From Armatimonadota bacterium (GTDB lineage Bacteria > Armatimonadota > UBA5829 > DSUL01): a stretch of 64,000 bases of DNA. Position 1 is the first letter of the stretch. Every line of letters starts with the position of its first letter. The position numbers were made by a program, and so were the translations under genes. The notes below the pieces were generated by a model, which ran no database searches, was not told where the DNA came from, and saw only the letters and a list, made by a program, of their open reading frames with translations. The stretch covers positions 96,001-160,000 of the forward strand of contig JBDHZC010000007.1 in NCBI GenBank assembly GCA_039811685.1, written 5' to 3'. Below are positions 48,690 to 59,758 of the stretch, piece after piece.

Positions 48690-50603
48690 TTGAGTATCCG
48701 CGTTTCCGATTTAGCTAAGGAGTTGGGAGTCACATCATCCCAGTTGATTTCAGCGCTCCACGACCTGGGAGTCGAAGTCGCTGGCCCAACCAGTACAATA
48801 GACGAAGACACCGCCGAACTCGTCAGAGAGCTTCTGGCGTCCCAGTCTGCGGGCGTCACTGAAGTTCCTGAGAACGTCATTGTTCGCGACTTTGCGGACA
48901 TTCTCGGTATTTCACCCTCAGACGTGCAAAAAGCCCTGATTGAGATGGGCGTTCTTGCTTCCCTTACCCAGACAATTGCCTTCGAGCAGGCCGAGAAAGT
49001 GGCCGCAAAGCTCGGCAAAGATATCCGCAAAGGCACGGGCCGCGCACCAACTCCCGCAAAACCGAAAGCCAAACCCAAAGCCGCGCCAAAGGGCGCTCGC
49101 GAGCGTCCGCCGGTTGTCACGGTGCTCGGACACGTGGACCACGGCAAGACATCTCTGCTTGATGCCATCCGAAACACGCGGGTAACGGCTGGTGAGTTCG
49201 GCGGCATAACCCAGCATATTGGCGCTTACCAGGTCATCAAGAACGACAAGCCTATCACTTTTATTGACACCCCCGGGCACGCTGCCTTTACCGCCATGAG
49301 AGCGCGTGGCGCGCAAGTGACGGACATTGCCGTGCTTGTCGTAGCCGCAGACGACGGAATAATGCCGCAGACACGGGAGGCCATCGATCATGCCAGGGCC
49401 GCGGGTGTCCCGATTATCGTAGCGCTCAATAAGATTGACAGGCCCGATGCCAACCCCGAAAGGGTCAAACAGCAGCTTGCAGAGGTCGAGTTGATTCCCG
49501 AAGAATGGGGCGGCGACACCATGGTGGTCCCCGTCTCAGCGACGGAAGGCACAGGGATTGACGATTTGCTGGAGAGGATTCAACTTCAGGCGGAAGTCCT
49601 GGAGCTTACGGCCGATCCTGCGGCCGATCCGGAAGGCGTCGTGATTGAGTCGCGGCTGGAACGAGGCCGGGGACCGGTGGCGACCCTGCTCGTGCAAAAT
49701 GGAACGCTCAAGATTGGCGCATCGGTGGTCGTAGGGTCCACCTACGGCAAAGTCAAAGCGATGATCGATGACAAGGGGCAGCGCGTTCAGAAAGCGGGGC
49801 CAGCCACACCAATAGAGCTTCTGGGACTCCAGGATGTTCCAAATGCGGGTGAGACACTCACTGCGGCCACAGACGACCGCCACGCTCGTCAGGCGGCGCA
49901 GGAACGCACAGACAGGGAGCGCGAAGAGCGTCTGGCTTCCAGCGCAAAGGTGAGTCTTGAGGATCTCTACCGCAAGTTGCGCGAGGGCGAAGTCAAGGAG
50001 CTTAACGTCGTCATCAAATCTGACGTGGACGGTTCCGCGGAGGCGATTCGCCAGTCGCTCGATGAGCTTTCAACAGATGAAGTCGCTGTGAAGGTGATTC
50101 GAAGCTCGGTTGGAAACGTCGCGGAGTCTGATGTGATGCTGGCCGCCGCGTCCAGCGCTATCGTCATCGGGTTCAATGTTCGTGTTGAGAAGGAAGCGAT
50201 CGCGGCTGCAGAGCGGGAACGGGTCGAAGTACGCGAGTACAACATTATCTACGAGCTTCTCGACGACGTACGTAAGGCTATGGCTGGTCTGCTGGAGCCG
50301 GAGGAAAAAGAGGAGATCATCGGGCATGCCCAGGTGCGCCAGCTCTTCAAGACTCCGGGTGGCATGGTCGCCGGCAGCTATATGCAGGACGGGCGCATCA
50401 CGCGCAATTCTCTTGTCCGCGTAATGCGCGATGGGAAGGTTGTGTTTTCAGGCGGAGTGGATTCGCTGCGGCGCTTCAAAGAGGATGTGCGCGAAGTCGT
50501 GTCCGGATTTGAATGCGGCATCCAGGTTGACGGCTTCAACAGCATTCAGGAAAACGATATCATTGAAGCCTACGAGATTCAGCAGGTCGCGCGCACACTT
50601 TAA
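48690..50603 (+). CDS. infB: Translation initiation factor IF-2
   Basis: [35 protein letters not shown] and ECGI motifs; GGAGG RBS before a TTG start. Confidence 0.98.
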   Translation: MSIRVSDLAKELGVTSSQLISALHDLGVEVAGPTSTIDEDTAELVRELLASQSAGVTEVPENVIVRDFADILGISPSDVQKALIEMGVLASLTQTIAFEQAEKVAAKLGKDIRKGTGRAPTPAKPKAKPKAAPKGARERPPVVTVLGHVDHGKTSLLDAIRNTRVTAGEFGGITQHIGAYQVIKNDKPITFIDTPGHAAFTAMRARGAQVTDIAVLVVAADDGIMPQTREAIDHARAAGVPIIVALNKIDRPDANPERVKQQLAEVELIPEEWGGDTMVVPVSATEGTGIDDLLERIQLQAEVLELTADPAADPEGVVIESRLERGRGPVATLLVQNGTLKIGASVVVGSTYGKVKAMIDDKGQRVQKAGPATPIELLGLQDVPNAGETLTAATDDRHARQAAQERTDREREERLASSAKVSLEDLYRKLREGEVKELNVVIKSDVDGSAEAIRQSLDELSTDEVAVKVIRSSVGNVAESDVMLAAASSAIVIGFNVRVEKEAIAAAERERVEVREYNIIYELLDDVRKAMAGLLEPEEKEEIIGHAQVRQLFKTPGGMVAGSYMQDGRITRNSLVRVMRDGKVVFSGGVDSLRRFKEDVREVVSGFECGIQVDGFNSIQENDIIEAYEIQQVARTL

Positions 50604-50636
50604 GCGCGTGACCGCCGGCTGAGGCTGAGGCAACCG

Positions 50637-50921
50637 ATGGTACACGTCGGCTTGCTGAGAGTGGAAGTAGCGCTGGGTGAAGGCAACAGCCTGAAAGACA
50701 AGCGCCACGTGATCAAAAGCACGCTGGACACGGTCCGCGACAGATTCAACGTGTCCGCCGCCGAAGTTGGCTTTCTGGACAGCCTCAGACGCGCTGAAAT
50801 GGCTTTCTCAATCGTCTGCAACGACCGCGCCCGCGCCAACGCCATTCTGGACAAGGTGCTGGACCATATCGAGCGAGATCCCAGAATCTCTGTCACGGAA
50901 GCGGATATTGAGTTTTTGTAA
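50637..50921 (+). CDS. ylxP: DUF503 (YlxP) family protein
   Basis: SLKDKR..IKS and RFNVSAAEV motifs. Confidence 0.9.
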   Translation: MVHVGLLRVEVALGEGNSLKDKRHVIKSTLDTVRDRFNVSAAEVGFLDSLRRAEMAFSIVCNDRARANAILDKVLDHIERDPRISVTEADIEFL

Positions 50922-50935
50922 AAGGAGTGTCTCTG

Positions 50936-51295
50936 ATGAGTCTGCGACAGGAGAGAATCAACAAGGTTCTGATCCAGCAGATCAGTGAGATCATTATGCG
51001 TATGAAAGATCCCCGGCTTGGGTTTCTGACAGTAACCGGAGCAAAGATCGCGCCGGATCTGCGTTCCGCCCGCATCGGCGTGAGTGTGCTGGGGGAAGCG
51101 GACGAACGGAAAGAAGCAGTACGCGTACTAGAGATCGCCACCGGACACATCCGGCGGGAACTCGGCCGGAGCGCCCGGCTGAAGTCCACGCCAGCGCTGG
51201 AGTTCTATCTGGATGAAGGCGCCTTGAACAGCTTCCGCGTGCAGCAATTGCTCAAGGATATTGAGGACAAAGGCTCTGACACCGGAGACGTTTGA
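50936..51295 (+). CDS. rbfA: Ribosome-binding factor A
   Basis: KDPRL..TVT, DLRSA and P.LEFYLD motifs. Confidence 0.93.
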   Translation: MSLRQERINKVLIQQISEIIMRMKDPRLGFLTVTGAKIAPDLRSARIGVSVLGEADERKEAVRVLEIATGHIRRELGRSARLKSTPALEFYLDEGALNSFRVQQLLKDIEDKGSDTGDV

Positions 51296-52244
51296 CGCAG
51301 TCTGGAGAATGATAGACGAGGCCTCCTCGATCATTCTTCTGATGCACTGGAATCCGGACGGTGACGCGCTTGGCAGCGGGCTGGGCCTGGCTCTGGCGCT
51401 CAGAGAGATGGGCAAGGACGCGCACATCGTGTCTTCGCAGGAGATGCCGAAGATATACGAGTTTCTGGAGCCTCAACGCGTCGTCGAGGGCTCTTCACCG
51501 TGGACTAACCCTGATCTGGTCATCCTGCTGGACTGTGACCGGCCGGAGCGCGCCGGAGATATGGAGCCACTGGCCTCTGCTGCGCAAAAGACTCTGGTTA
51601 TTGATCATCACCCCGCAACCTCAGACTTTGGCAGCTTTCGCCTCACAGACGTATCCGCGGCCGCAACGGCAGAGGTCATTTTCCACCTGCTCAAGTTCCG
51701 AAAAGCGCCTCTGACCTATTCGATCGCTGAAGCTCTGCTCACGGGACTGGTGACTGACACGGGGGGGTTTCGTTTTCGCAACACGCGGGCGCAGACTCTG
51801 GAAGCGGCCGCAGACCTGACCCGAGTCGGGCCTTCAGTGGCGGAGATCGTCGAAGCGGTATACGACACGCGCTCGATGAGCAGTCTCAAGCTGATGGCGC
51901 GCGCGCTCGAGTCACTCCAACAAAGTCCCAGAGGCAGCGTAGCGTGGGCGACGCTTTCGCACAACGATTTCATTGAGACGCACGCGATACCGGAGGACAC
52001 GGAAGGCTTTGTAAATCTCATTCACACGCTCAAAGGAGCCCAAATAGCCGCTATCCTGCGCGAAGAACAACCTGGCAGAGTGCGCGTGAGCTTTCGATCA
52101 AAGGGGGAGGCGGTAGTGAACGGGGCGGCGGAAGCGCTGGGCGGTGGAGGTCACGCGCGCGCCAGCGCATGTATCCTGGAGACGTCACTCCAGGAGGCTG
52201 AAGAGCGCGTGCTGGAAGAGCTGAAAAAGTGGACGGAGTTTTAA
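51261..52244 (+). CDS. nrnA: DHH family oligoribonuclease/pAp phosphatase
   Basis: H.NPDGDALGS, IDHH, TDTGGF, SFRSK and GGGGH motifs. Confidence 0.93.
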   Translation: MRTKALTPETFDAVWRMIDEASSIILLMHWNPDGDALGSGLGLALALREMGKDAHIVSSQEMPKIYEFLEPQRVVEGSSPWTNPDLVILLDCDRPERAGDMEPLASAAQKTLVIDHHPATSDFGSFRLTDVSAAATAEVIFHLLKFRKAPLTYSIAEALLTGLVTDTGGFRFRNTRAQTLEAAADLTRVGPSVAEIVEAVYDTRSMSSLKLMARALESLQQSPRGSVAWATLSHNDFIETHAIPEDTEGFVNLIHTLKGAQIAAILREEQPGRVRVSFRSKGEAVVNGAAEALGGGGHARASACILETSLQEAEERVLEELKKWTEF

Positions 52245-53155
52245 TAGTCAACAAGCCCGCCGGATGCACCAGTCACGACGTTGTCGAGATTGTCCGCCGG
52301 CGCTTCGGAATACGCAGAGTCGGACACGCCGGCACGCTGGACCCACAGGCGGAGGGAGTTCTCGTTCTACTTTTGGGACGGGCGACGCGGCTGGCGGAAT
52401 TCGTGTCCGGCCATCACAAGAAGTACATCGCCAGACTCTTGCTGGGCATATCCACTCAGACTCAGGATGCCGAGGGCAGCATTACCGCTGACCACAGTAC
52501 CCAGCATGTGACAGAAGAGGATCTGAGAGAAGCTGCCGGAGCGTTTCGCGGCCCCATCCTTCAGATTCCACCGATGTTCAGCGCAGTGAAGGTGGGTGGA
52601 AAGAGGCTGCACCGTCTGGCGAGGGCCGGGCAGACCGTCGAGCGCCAGCCGCGAAAGGTTACGGTATACAGTCTGATTGTCGAGGATTTTCAACCGGGCG
52701 AACACGCGCGGGCTACACTTTGCTGTGTGGTCTCCGCCGGTTGCTACATCCGCACGCTCTGCTCAGATATTGGCGATAAACTGGGTGTCGGCGGCTGTAT
52801 GGAGAGTCTGTTACGGACAGCTTCGGGAACATTCGCGCTTGAAGACGCCGTACCCCTCTCCGCAATAGAGCGCGCCAGCAGTGACGAATTGAGACGCCAG
52901 CTCCTGCCCTCAACCGCAGCCGTCCAGGAGTTCCCGCGCATCGACGTGGACCTCTGCGACGCGGAAAAGTTTTGTCACGGCGGATTTCTGGAGAGAAGTG
53001 AGTGTGACGAAGGTCTGGTGCGAGTACACAGCCATACCGGCGAGCTGCTCGGTGTCGGACGCTTCGATGGAGAGAGTGCGAGCATCCGGCCGCTGAAAGT
53101 GCTGCGGGACGCTCCGAACGACTCACACTCACAGACCATGCCAGATTCGGATTGA
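52229..53155 (+). CDS. truB: tRNA pseudouridine-55 synthase
   Basis: KP.G.TSHDVV, GHAGTLDP.A.GVL, QIPPMFSAVK and YIRTL motifs. Confidence 0.96.
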   Translation: MDGVLIVNKPAGCTSHDVVEIVRRRFGIRRVGHAGTLDPQAEGVLVLLLGRATRLAEFVSGHHKKYIARLLLGISTQTQDAEGSITADHSTQHVTEEDLREAAGAFRGPILQIPPMFSAVKVGGKRLHRLARAGQTVERQPRKVTVYSLIVEDFQPGEHARATLCCVVSAGCYIRTLCSDIGDKLGVGGCMESLLRTASGTFALEDAVPLSAIERASSDELRRQLLPSTAAVQEFPRIDVDLCDAEKFCHGGFLERSECDEGLVRVHSHTGELLGVGRFDGESASIRPLKVLRDAPNDSHSQTMPDSD

Positions 53156-53207
53156 CTTGTCGCGTGAGTCTGCAATGGGCTGCTGGAGTCGAAGAGAAGG
53201 GCGGAGA

Positions 53208-54155
53208 GTGAGCGTTTTCTGGGGGTTGGACAATTTCAAGGCGCCGGACTCGGGCGTAGCCGTTACGATAGGTACCTTCGATGGAGTGCATCTGGGGCAT
53301 CAGGCGCTGCTCGAACAACTGGTGAGCACGGGCCGCCAGCAAAATCTTCCAACTGTGGCGCTGACCTTTGATTGCCATCCTCTTGAAATACTCGCGCCTC
53401 AGAAGACCCCTCCTCTCATTCAGACTGCGTCAGATCGCATTCATCGATTGGCTGACAGCGGTGTTCAGGACGTTATCGCTCTTCACTTTGATGAGGCGAT
53501 GGCCCATATGGAGCCGCGAGACTTCGTTCAGCAAGTCCTGCTCGATCGAATTCACACAAAAGCGCTTGTCGTCGGTGAGAACTTCAGATTCGGGCGGGCG
53601 CGATCTGGAACTCCGGCTCTGCTGAAGACTCTGGGCGAAGAGCTCGGTTTTTCCGTGGCTATAGTCCCTCCCCTTGTTGTTGACGGACGCCAAATCTCCA
53701 GTACCCTTGTTCGTCTGAGCGTGGCAAGTGGTGACGTGCGGCAGGCAGCGCGACTGCTGGGCGCAACCTTCCGTGTAAAGGGCGTGGTGGTGCACGGTGA
53801 TGGACGCGGGCGCGAGATTGGTTACCCGACCGCTAATATTGATGTCCCCACCAAATATCTGAAGCCTGGCAATGGAGTGTACGCGGTGACCGGGCGCTTT
53901 GGTGACACGGCGATTCGCGGCGCGGCCAGCATCGGCACCCGGCCGACTGTGGGCGGCACAACGCTGACGCTCGAGGTGTATCTGATCGGCTTTGACGGCG
54001 ACCTGTACGGGCAGGAAATGGAAGTGCTGTTTCTTGACAAGCTGCGCGACGAGGAAAAGTTCGAAAGCATTGAAGAAATGGTGACGCAGATTGGCAAAGA
54101 CGTACACGCAGCTTTGCAGACTTCTGAGCCGGCGGCCGAGCTCGCCGCTAGATAA
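53208..54155 (+). CDS. ribF: Bifunctional riboflavin kinase/FAD synthetase
   Basis: GTFDGVHLGH, ISST.VR, GYPTAN and LRDE.KF motifs. Confidence 0.96.
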   Translation: MSVFWGLDNFKAPDSGVAVTIGTFDGVHLGHQALLEQLVSTGRQQNLPTVALTFDCHPLEILAPQKTPPLIQTASDRIHRLADSGVQDVIALHFDEAMAHMEPRDFVQQVLLDRIHTKALVVGENFRFGRARSGTPALLKTLGEELGFSVAIVPPLVVDGRQISSTLVRLSVASGDVRQAARLLGATFRVKGVVVHGDGRGREIGYPTANIDVPTKYLKPGNGVYAVTGRFGDTAIRGAASIGTRPTVGGTTLTLEVYLIGFDGDLYGQEMEVLFLDKLRDEEKFESIEEMVTQIGKDVHAALQTSEPAAELAAR

Positions 54156-54283
54156 CTCCTCCTCACAACTTCTTCAGCGAACTCTCGAAGGGCAGGCGCG
54201 CACCGGCGGATAAGGGGCACTACGGCTGCCAGCGCGGGCCAGCCTCACTATATACCCCTACCCTATGAAATAAGGAGTCAGCT

Positions 54284-54928
54284 ATGAAAAAAGCTCTGAT
54301 TGTCTGGGGCGGCTGGGACGGGCATGAGCCGAAGCAGTGCGCCGATATCTTTGCGCCAATTCTGCAGGAGAAGGGCTTCGATGTGAAAGTTTCCGACTCC
54401 ATGGACCCTTACAAAGACGCGGACTATATGAGCTCTTTGAGCCTCATAGTCCCCGTCTGGACGATGGGTCAGATTGAAGGCGAGCAGGAGAGCGGGCTAC
54501 TCAGCGCTATCAAGAGTGGCGTTGGCGTGGCCGGATGGCACGGCGGTATGGGCGACGCTTTCCGCAACAACACCGAATACCAGTTTATGGTTGGCGGACA
54601 GTGGGTGGCGCATCCCGGGAACGTCATTGACTACAAAGTCAATATCACCAACGGTGATGACCCAATCACACAGGGACTGTCAGACTTCGCTATGCACTCT
54701 GAGCAGTATTATATGCATGTTGACCCTTCCAACGAAGTGCTGGCGACAACGACTTTCAATGGTGCGCATGCGGCATGGATTGACGGCTGCGTGATGCCGG
54801 TAGTCTGGAAGCGCAAATACGGAAATGGTCGCGTCTTTTACTCTTCTCTGGGACATGTCGCTGCAGACTTTGACGTACCCGAAGCCAGAGAGATTCAGGT
54901 GCGCGGCATGATGTGGGCAGCGCGCTAG
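54284..54928 (+). CDS. ThuA-like (class I glutamine amidotransferase fold) protein
   Basis: [27 protein letters not shown] and [10 protein letters not shown] motifs. Confidence 0.88.
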   Translation: MKKALIVWGGWDGHEPKQCADIFAPILQEKGFDVKVSDSMDPYKDADYMSSLSLIVPVWTMGQIEGEQESGLLSAIKSGVGVAGWHGGMGDAFRNNTEYQFMVGGQWVAHPGNVIDYKVNITNGDDPITQGLSDFAMHSEQYYMHVDPSNEVLATTTFNGAHAAWIDGCVMPVVWKRKYGNGRVFYSSLGHVAADFDVPEAREIQVRGMMWAAR

Positions 54929-54949
54929 CGGAAAGGGCCGGACAAGACA

Positions 54950-56053
54950 ATGGCTGAAGCTACGAAAGTCGGCATCATTGGATGCGGCAATATCAGCGAC
55001 ATTTACTTCCAGAATCTTCAGAAGTACGAGACGACGGAAGTGGTTGCGTGCGCTGATCTTTTCCTGGAGCGGGCACGGGAGAAAGCGGCAAAGTGGAATG
55101 TTCCGAAGGCGTGTTCTCCTGAGGAGCTGCTGAGCGATCCGGACGTTAAAATCGTTGTCAACCTGACGATTCCGATTGCTCATGCGGAGGTCTCGCAGAT
55201 GGCGGTGGAAGCTGGCAAGTCTTCTCACTGCGAAAAACCTCTCACGATAACGCGTGAAGACGGAAAGCGCCTGCTGGCCACAGCCAGGGACAAAGGCGTG
55301 CGGATTGGCGCGGCGCCGGACACCTTCATGGGCGCAGGTATTCAGACGTGCCGCGAGCTTCTGGACTCCGGGGCGATAGGCGAGCCGGTGGCGTGCACGG
55401 CATTCATGGTGTGTCACGGGCATGAAAGCTGGCATCCTGATCCCGAGTTTTACTACAAACTCGGCGGGGGGCCGATGTTTGACATGGGGCCGTACTATCT
55501 GACAGCGCTTGTCAATCTACTGGGCCCCGTCAAGAGAGTGACAGGGTCCACCCGCATCACCTTTCCGGAGCGCAGGATAACCAGTGAGCCAAAGCGTGGT
55601 CAGGTTATCAAAGTGGACGTACCGACGCACATCGCGGGAGTCATGGACTTTCAGAGCGGGGCTATAGGCACGATCATCCAGAGCTTCGACGTCTGGCATC
55701 ACCGCCTGCCCTGTATCGAGATCTATGGCACGGAAGGATCCATGCAGGTTCCGGATCCCAATGGCTTTGGCGGGCCGGTGCGCATCCGCAAGCAGGGTGA
55801 TTCTGACTGGCAGGATGTGGAGATCACGCGGCCGTACGCGGAAAACTCCCGCGGCATCGGCGTGGCGGACATGGCCTGCGCAATCAGCTCAGGACGCAAA
55901 CACCGCGCCAGTGGCGATCTGGCCTATCACGTGCTTGACCTGATGCACGCCTTCCACGACGCCTCAGACGAAGGCAGGCATATCCTGGTGCAGAGCACCT
56001 GCGAGCGCCCTGCCCCGATGCCTGTAAGCGGCGAAAACGGCAAGCTCGACTAA
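54950..56053 (+). CDS. Gfo/Idh/MocA family oxidoreductase
   Basis: GCGNIS, NLTIP.AH, EKP, APDTFMG and [12 protein letters not shown] motifs. Confidence 0.92.
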   Translation: MAEATKVGIIGCGNISDIYFQNLQKYETTEVVACADLFLERAREKAAKWNVPKACSPEELLSDPDVKIVVNLTIPIAHAEVSQMAVEAGKSSHCEKPLTITREDGKRLLATARDKGVRIGAAPDTFMGAGIQTCRELLDSGAIGEPVACTAFMVCHGHESWHPDPEFYYKLGGGPMFDMGPYYLTALVNLLGPVKRVTGSTRITFPERRITSEPKRGQVIKVDVPTHIAGVMDFQSGAIGTIIQSFDVWHHRLPCIEIYGTEGSMQVPDPNGFGGPVRIRKQGDSDWQDVEITRPYAENSRGIGVADMACAISSGRKHRASGDLAYHVLDLMHAFHDASDEGRHILVQSTCERPAPMPVSGENGKLD

Positions 56054-56085
56054 CAGGCTCTGAAGGGTCTGTCTGTGCTGATACA

Positions 56086-56120
56086 AGCGGGGCGCAGTTG
56101 TCCGCGCCCCGCTCTCTGCT
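56086..56120 (+). terminator. Hairpin, probable terminator before the RM locus
   Basis: 10-bp stem AGCGGGGCGC/GCGCCCCGCT with a pyrimidine-rich tail. Confidence 0.55.
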
Positions 56121-56157
56121 TCTGCCGCGCACTTGAGCGCAATCCCGGAAAGCTGTC

Positions 56158-56187
56158 TTGACGCCGCCCGCGCGCCCGCTCTATGAT
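56158..56187 (+). promoter_or_regulatory. Sigma70 promoter of the hsd operon
   Basis: TTGACG-N18-TATGAT, 57 nt before the hsdM ATG. Confidence 0.6.
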
Positions 56188-56244
56188 GAGACCGGCGCAA
56201 GAAACGCCGCCAACATCCATTGCGCTGAGGAAACGCCCGCTTAT

Positions 56245-57699
56245 ATGTTTGAACAAGCCTTCAGGAACATTGACGATGTTCTCCGCAAAGAAGCCGGATG
56301 CACCACCGAGCTGGACTACACAGAGCAGACCTCCTGGCTGCTTTTTCTGAAGTATCTTGACGGCCTCGAACAGGACCGCGCCACCGAAGCGGCGCTTGAC
56401 CGCAGGCCCTACAGCTACATTCTGGATGAGCCATACCGCTGGAACGCCTGGGCGGCCCCGCATGATTCTGACGGGAATCCAGACCGGCAGCGGCAGATGA
56501 TAGGGGATGACCTGGCAGGGTTCGTGAACGCGAAGCTGTTTCCGTATCTTCAGGGCTTCAGCCAGCGCGCCAGTGGCCCAAAGACGATTGAGTACAAGAT
56601 CGGGCAGATATTCGGCGAGATCAAGAACAAAATCACCAGCGGCTACAACCTGCGTGAGATTATTGACCAGATTGACGCGCTGCGGTTCCGGTCACAGAAA
56701 GAGAAGTACGAACTCTCGCACCTGTACGAAGCGAAGATACAGAATATGGGCAACGCGGGGCGCAACGGCGGCGAGTACTACACCCCGCGCCCGCTTATTC
56801 GCGCTATCGCGAAGGTTGTCAACCCGCAGATTGGCGAGACGGTTTACGACGGCGCATGCGGCTCAGCCGGCTTCCTTTGCGAAGCGTTCGACTATATGAA
56901 AGAGAAGCCGAACCTTACGACGGAAGAGATGGAGACGCTTCAGACGCGCACTTTCTACGGGCGGGAGAAGAAGCCGCTGGCCTTTGTGATTGGCACGATG
57001 AATATGATTCTGCACGGGATTGACGCTCCGGAGATAGAGCACGTCAATACGCTGGCGCAGAACGAGATGGAGATACAGGAGGCGGACCGCAAAGATGTCA
57101 TCCTCGCCAATCCTCCGTTTGGCGGCAAGGAGCGCGCGGAAGTGCAGCAGAACTTTTCCATCCGCACGGGAGAGACAGCGTTTCTGTTTTTGCAGCATTT
57201 CATCCGCATGCTTCGCGCAGGCGGGCGCGCGGGCGTAGTGATCAAGAATACGTTTCTCTCAAACACGGATAACGCCTCCGTCAGTCTGCGCAAGCGGCTT
57301 CTGGAAACCTGCAACCTGCACACGATTCTGGACTGCCCGAGTGGGACGTTTCAGGGGGCTGGCGTGAAAACCGTGGTGTTGTTCTTCGAGAAGGGCGCGC
57401 CTACACAGAAGGTCTGGTACTACCAGCTTGACCCGGGACGCAGCCTGGGGAAAACAAATCCACTGAACGATGACGACCTGCAGGAGTTTGTGACACTTCA
57501 GAAGGACTTCGCAGATTCTCAGCAATCCTGGACGGTGGAAGCCGCGTCTATCAACCGCGAAACGTGGGATCTGTCCGTAAGGAACCCGAACAATGGCGTG
57601 GAAGCAAAGTATCGCACGCCGCAGGAGATCATCGAAGAGATAGAAACCCTGGACCGCGAGAGCGCCGAGCTGTTGAAGTCAATACGGGGGCTGCTGTGA
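56245..57699 (+). CDS. hsdM: Type I RM N6-adenine methyltransferase subunit
   Basis: GEYYTPR, YDGACGSAGFL and NPPF motifs. Confidence 0.95.
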   Translation: MFEQAFRNIDDVLRKEAGCTTELDYTEQTSWLLFLKYLDGLEQDRATEAALDRRPYSYILDEPYRWNAWAAPHDSDGNPDRQRQMIGDDLAGFVNAKLFPYLQGFSQRASGPKTIEYKIGQIFGEIKNKITSGYNLREIIDQIDALRFRSQKEKYELSHLYEAKIQNMGNAGRNGGEYYTPRPLIRAIAKVVNPQIGETVYDGACGSAGFLCEAFDYMKEKPNLTTEEMETLQTRTFYGREKKPLAFVIGTMNMILHGIDAPEIEHVNTLAQNEMEIQEADRKDVILANPPFGGKERAEVQQNFSIRTGETAFLFLQHFIRMLRAGGRAGVVIKNTFLSNTDNASVSLRKRLLETCNLHTILDCPSGTFQGAGVKTVVLFFEKGAPTQKVWYYQLDPGRSLGKTNPLNDDDLQEFVTLQKDFADSQQSWTVEAASINRETWDLSVRNPNNGVEAKYRTPQEIIEEIETLDRESAELLKSIRGLL

Positions 57700-58907
57700 A
57701 ACAGGCCTTTAGCACCGAGAGTCTTGGAGCTATCTGCGGGATAGAAATTGGCCGGACACCTTCACGATCAAACCCTCAACTGTGGGACGCGTCGAAGAAA
57801 ACCGGGAACGTGTGGCTATCAATTGCGGACTTGGCAAACGGCCAGGGTCACACCGTTTTCGATAGCCGGGAATACATTTCGCACGAAGCGGCTTCGCAAT
57901 GCAGACTTGTGTCAAAAGGAACTCTGCTTGTGAGCTTCAAGTTAACGCTCGGTCGTCTTGCATTTGCGGGACGAGATCTGTATACGAATGAGGCCATTGC
58001 GGCCCTGCGCCTAAAGACAACCGAGGTTAGCCCAGCCTATCTGTACTACTATCTAACTTTTTTTGACTGGGAAGACGCGTGTCAAGGAGACACAAAGATA
58101 AAAGGCAGGACGCTCAACAAGGCTAAGCTGGCCCGGATACTTGTCCGAGTCCCGCCCCTCCCGGAGCAGCGGCGGATTGTGGCGATTCTGGACAAAGCTT
58201 TCGCCGCCATTGACAAGGCCAGGGCAAATACCGAAAAGAACCTCGCCAACGCACGGGAGCTGTTCGAGAGCTATCTGAATGAGGTGTTCACGAAGAGGGG
58301 AGAGGGGTGGCAGACGATCCCCTTGGCCGAAGCAGTTACGGTTGACTGCACTCTATCCTATGGCATTGTCCAGCCAGGGCCAGAGTGTGACACCGGTCTG
58401 CCGGTAGTGCGGCCAGTTGACCTTCTTGGGAAGGCCGTTGGCCTTGCCGGTCTGAAGCGGATCAAGCCTATATTGGCCGCCAGGTACAAGCGTACTACTC
58501 TGCAGGGCAACGAGTTGCTCTTAGCGGTTCGCGGAAGCACGGGCGTAGTCGCGCTTGCAGCCCCAGAACTGGAGGGGGCGAACGTGACCAGGGGCATTGT
58601 CCCGGTACGGCTGGAGCCGACCCTGGTTCACAAGCACTTCAGCTACTACCTCTTTCTATCGCCGCTAGTAAAGGACCAGATAGCTGCGGCCACATATGGG
58701 GCGGCACTGCAGGGGATAAACATTGCTGATGTCCGCAAGGTCCGACTTGCATTGCCGCCTCTGGGACAGCAGGCGGAGATTGCAGCCTCCCTAGAAGCGG
58801 TGGACAGAGCTTGCGGCGGCCTTGGCGCAAAAGCAACGCGCAGGCTCGCCACCCTCGACGAATTGAAGAAATCGCTGCTGCATCAGGCGTTTGAGGGGGA
58901 GCTGTAG
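57696..58907 (+). CDS. hsdS: Type I RM specificity subunit (two TRDs)
   Basis: Two TRD + PPL.EQ..I repeats and a terminal LKKSLLHQAF.GEL; GTGA overlap with hsdM. Confidence 0.93.
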   Translation: MKQAFSTESLGAICGIEIGRTPSRSNPQLWDASKKTGNVWLSIADLANGQGHTVFDSREYISHEAASQCRLVSKGTLLVSFKLTLGRLAFAGRDLYTNEAIAALRLKTTEVSPAYLYYYLTFFDWEDACQGDTKIKGRTLNKAKLARILVRVPPLPEQRRIVAILDKAFAAIDKARANTEKNLANARELFESYLNEVFTKRGEGWQTIPLAEAVTVDCTLSYGIVQPGPECDTGLPVVRPVDLLGKAVGLAGLKRIKPILAARYKRTTLQGNELLLAVRGSTGVVALAAPELEGANVTRGIVPVRLEPTLVHKHFSYYLFLSPLVKDQIAAATYGAALQGINIADVRKVRLALPPLGQQAEIAASLEAVDRACGGLGAKATRRLATLDELKKSLLHQAFEGEL

Positions 58908-58930
58908 CGGATGCAAGTCAGAACCGTAAC

Positions 58931-59545
58931 TTGTCCACGCAGATTGAGGAGGGGCCGCTCGTTCTGACTTCAGTGCCACCGACCTTTATGCTGATAGCAG
59001 GCCCGAATGGAGCGGGCAAGACTACGTCGGCTAATCTACTGCTCCCGGAGACAACGCCGTACGTCAACGCGGACAATATTGCGCGCAACCTACCGCCGCG
59101 ACCTGGGCGCAGCCTTGACGTGGAAGCAGGACGCCGCATGCTGCAGGAAGTAGACCGGCTCCTGAAATCTGGCTCCGATGTCGCGGTAGAAACAACGCTG
59201 GCAGCGCGATCTTTTGTTCGGCGCGTACTTTTTGCGAAGCAGAAGGGTTATCAGGTATGGTTGATCTTCCTGTGGCTGCCCTCCCCGGACCTGGCGATAG
59301 CACGGGTCGCACAGCGCGTTGAGAGTGGAGGGCATTCCGTGCCGGAGCCAGTCATCCGGCGGCGCTACTGTCGCGGGATCCAGAATTTCTTCCGGCTCTA
59401 CCGGGCTGCTGTGGATGGCTGGCGCTTTTACGACAGCAGCCCGCTCTATGCGCCCAAAGTCATTGCCACAAGGCTGCCAGGCCAGGAGGAAACTGTGCTC
59501 AGCCCTGAGGTATGGGATAAGATCATGAAGGAGTCCAACCTATGA
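58931..59545 (+). CDS. Zeta-toxin-like P-loop kinase/ATPase (COG4185-like)
   Basis: IAGPNGAGKTT Walker A; YVNAD, ETTL and RV..RV..GGH.VPE..IRRRY motifs. Confidence 0.85.
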   Translation: MSTQIEEGPLVLTSVPPTFMLIAGPNGAGKTTSANLLLPETTPYVNADNIARNLPPRPGRSLDVEAGRRMLQEVDRLLKSGSDVAVETTLAARSFVRRVLFAKQKGYQVWLIFLWLPSPDLAIARVAQRVESGGHSVPEPVIRRRYCRGIQNFFRLYRAAVDGWRFYDSSPLYAPKVIATRLPGQEETVLSPEVWDKIMKESNL

Positions 59546-59736
59546 CGGATATCAAGAAGCATCCCCTTGCCGAGCGTCTCAGCAACTGTACACGCATTGA
59601 CGCCCTCATCCGCAGGGCTATGAGGGAGGCCGTATCGGAGCACAGACGTGCAGGCCGCGCGGTAGCCACATGGGAGAATGGTAAGGTCGTACTGGTCGCG
59701 CCACAGCCCCCATCCGCACGGCGTCCAAAGGATTAG
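59542..59736 (+). CDS. Small partner protein (putative antitoxin)
   Basis: 64 aa; ATGA overlap with the kinase stop; AAGGAG RBS; A..EH.R.G......GKVV pattern. Confidence 0.7.
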   Translation: MTDIKKHPLAERLSNCTRIDALIRRAMREAVSEHRRAGRAVATWENGKVVLVAPQPPSARRPKD

Positions 59737-59758
59737 TCCAGCACTGCGACGCGCAACA

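Noticed and set aside
57696..58907. Phase-variable or invertible hsdS
   Set aside because: Single hsdS, no recombinase, and no simple-sequence tract or inverted repeats noticed.
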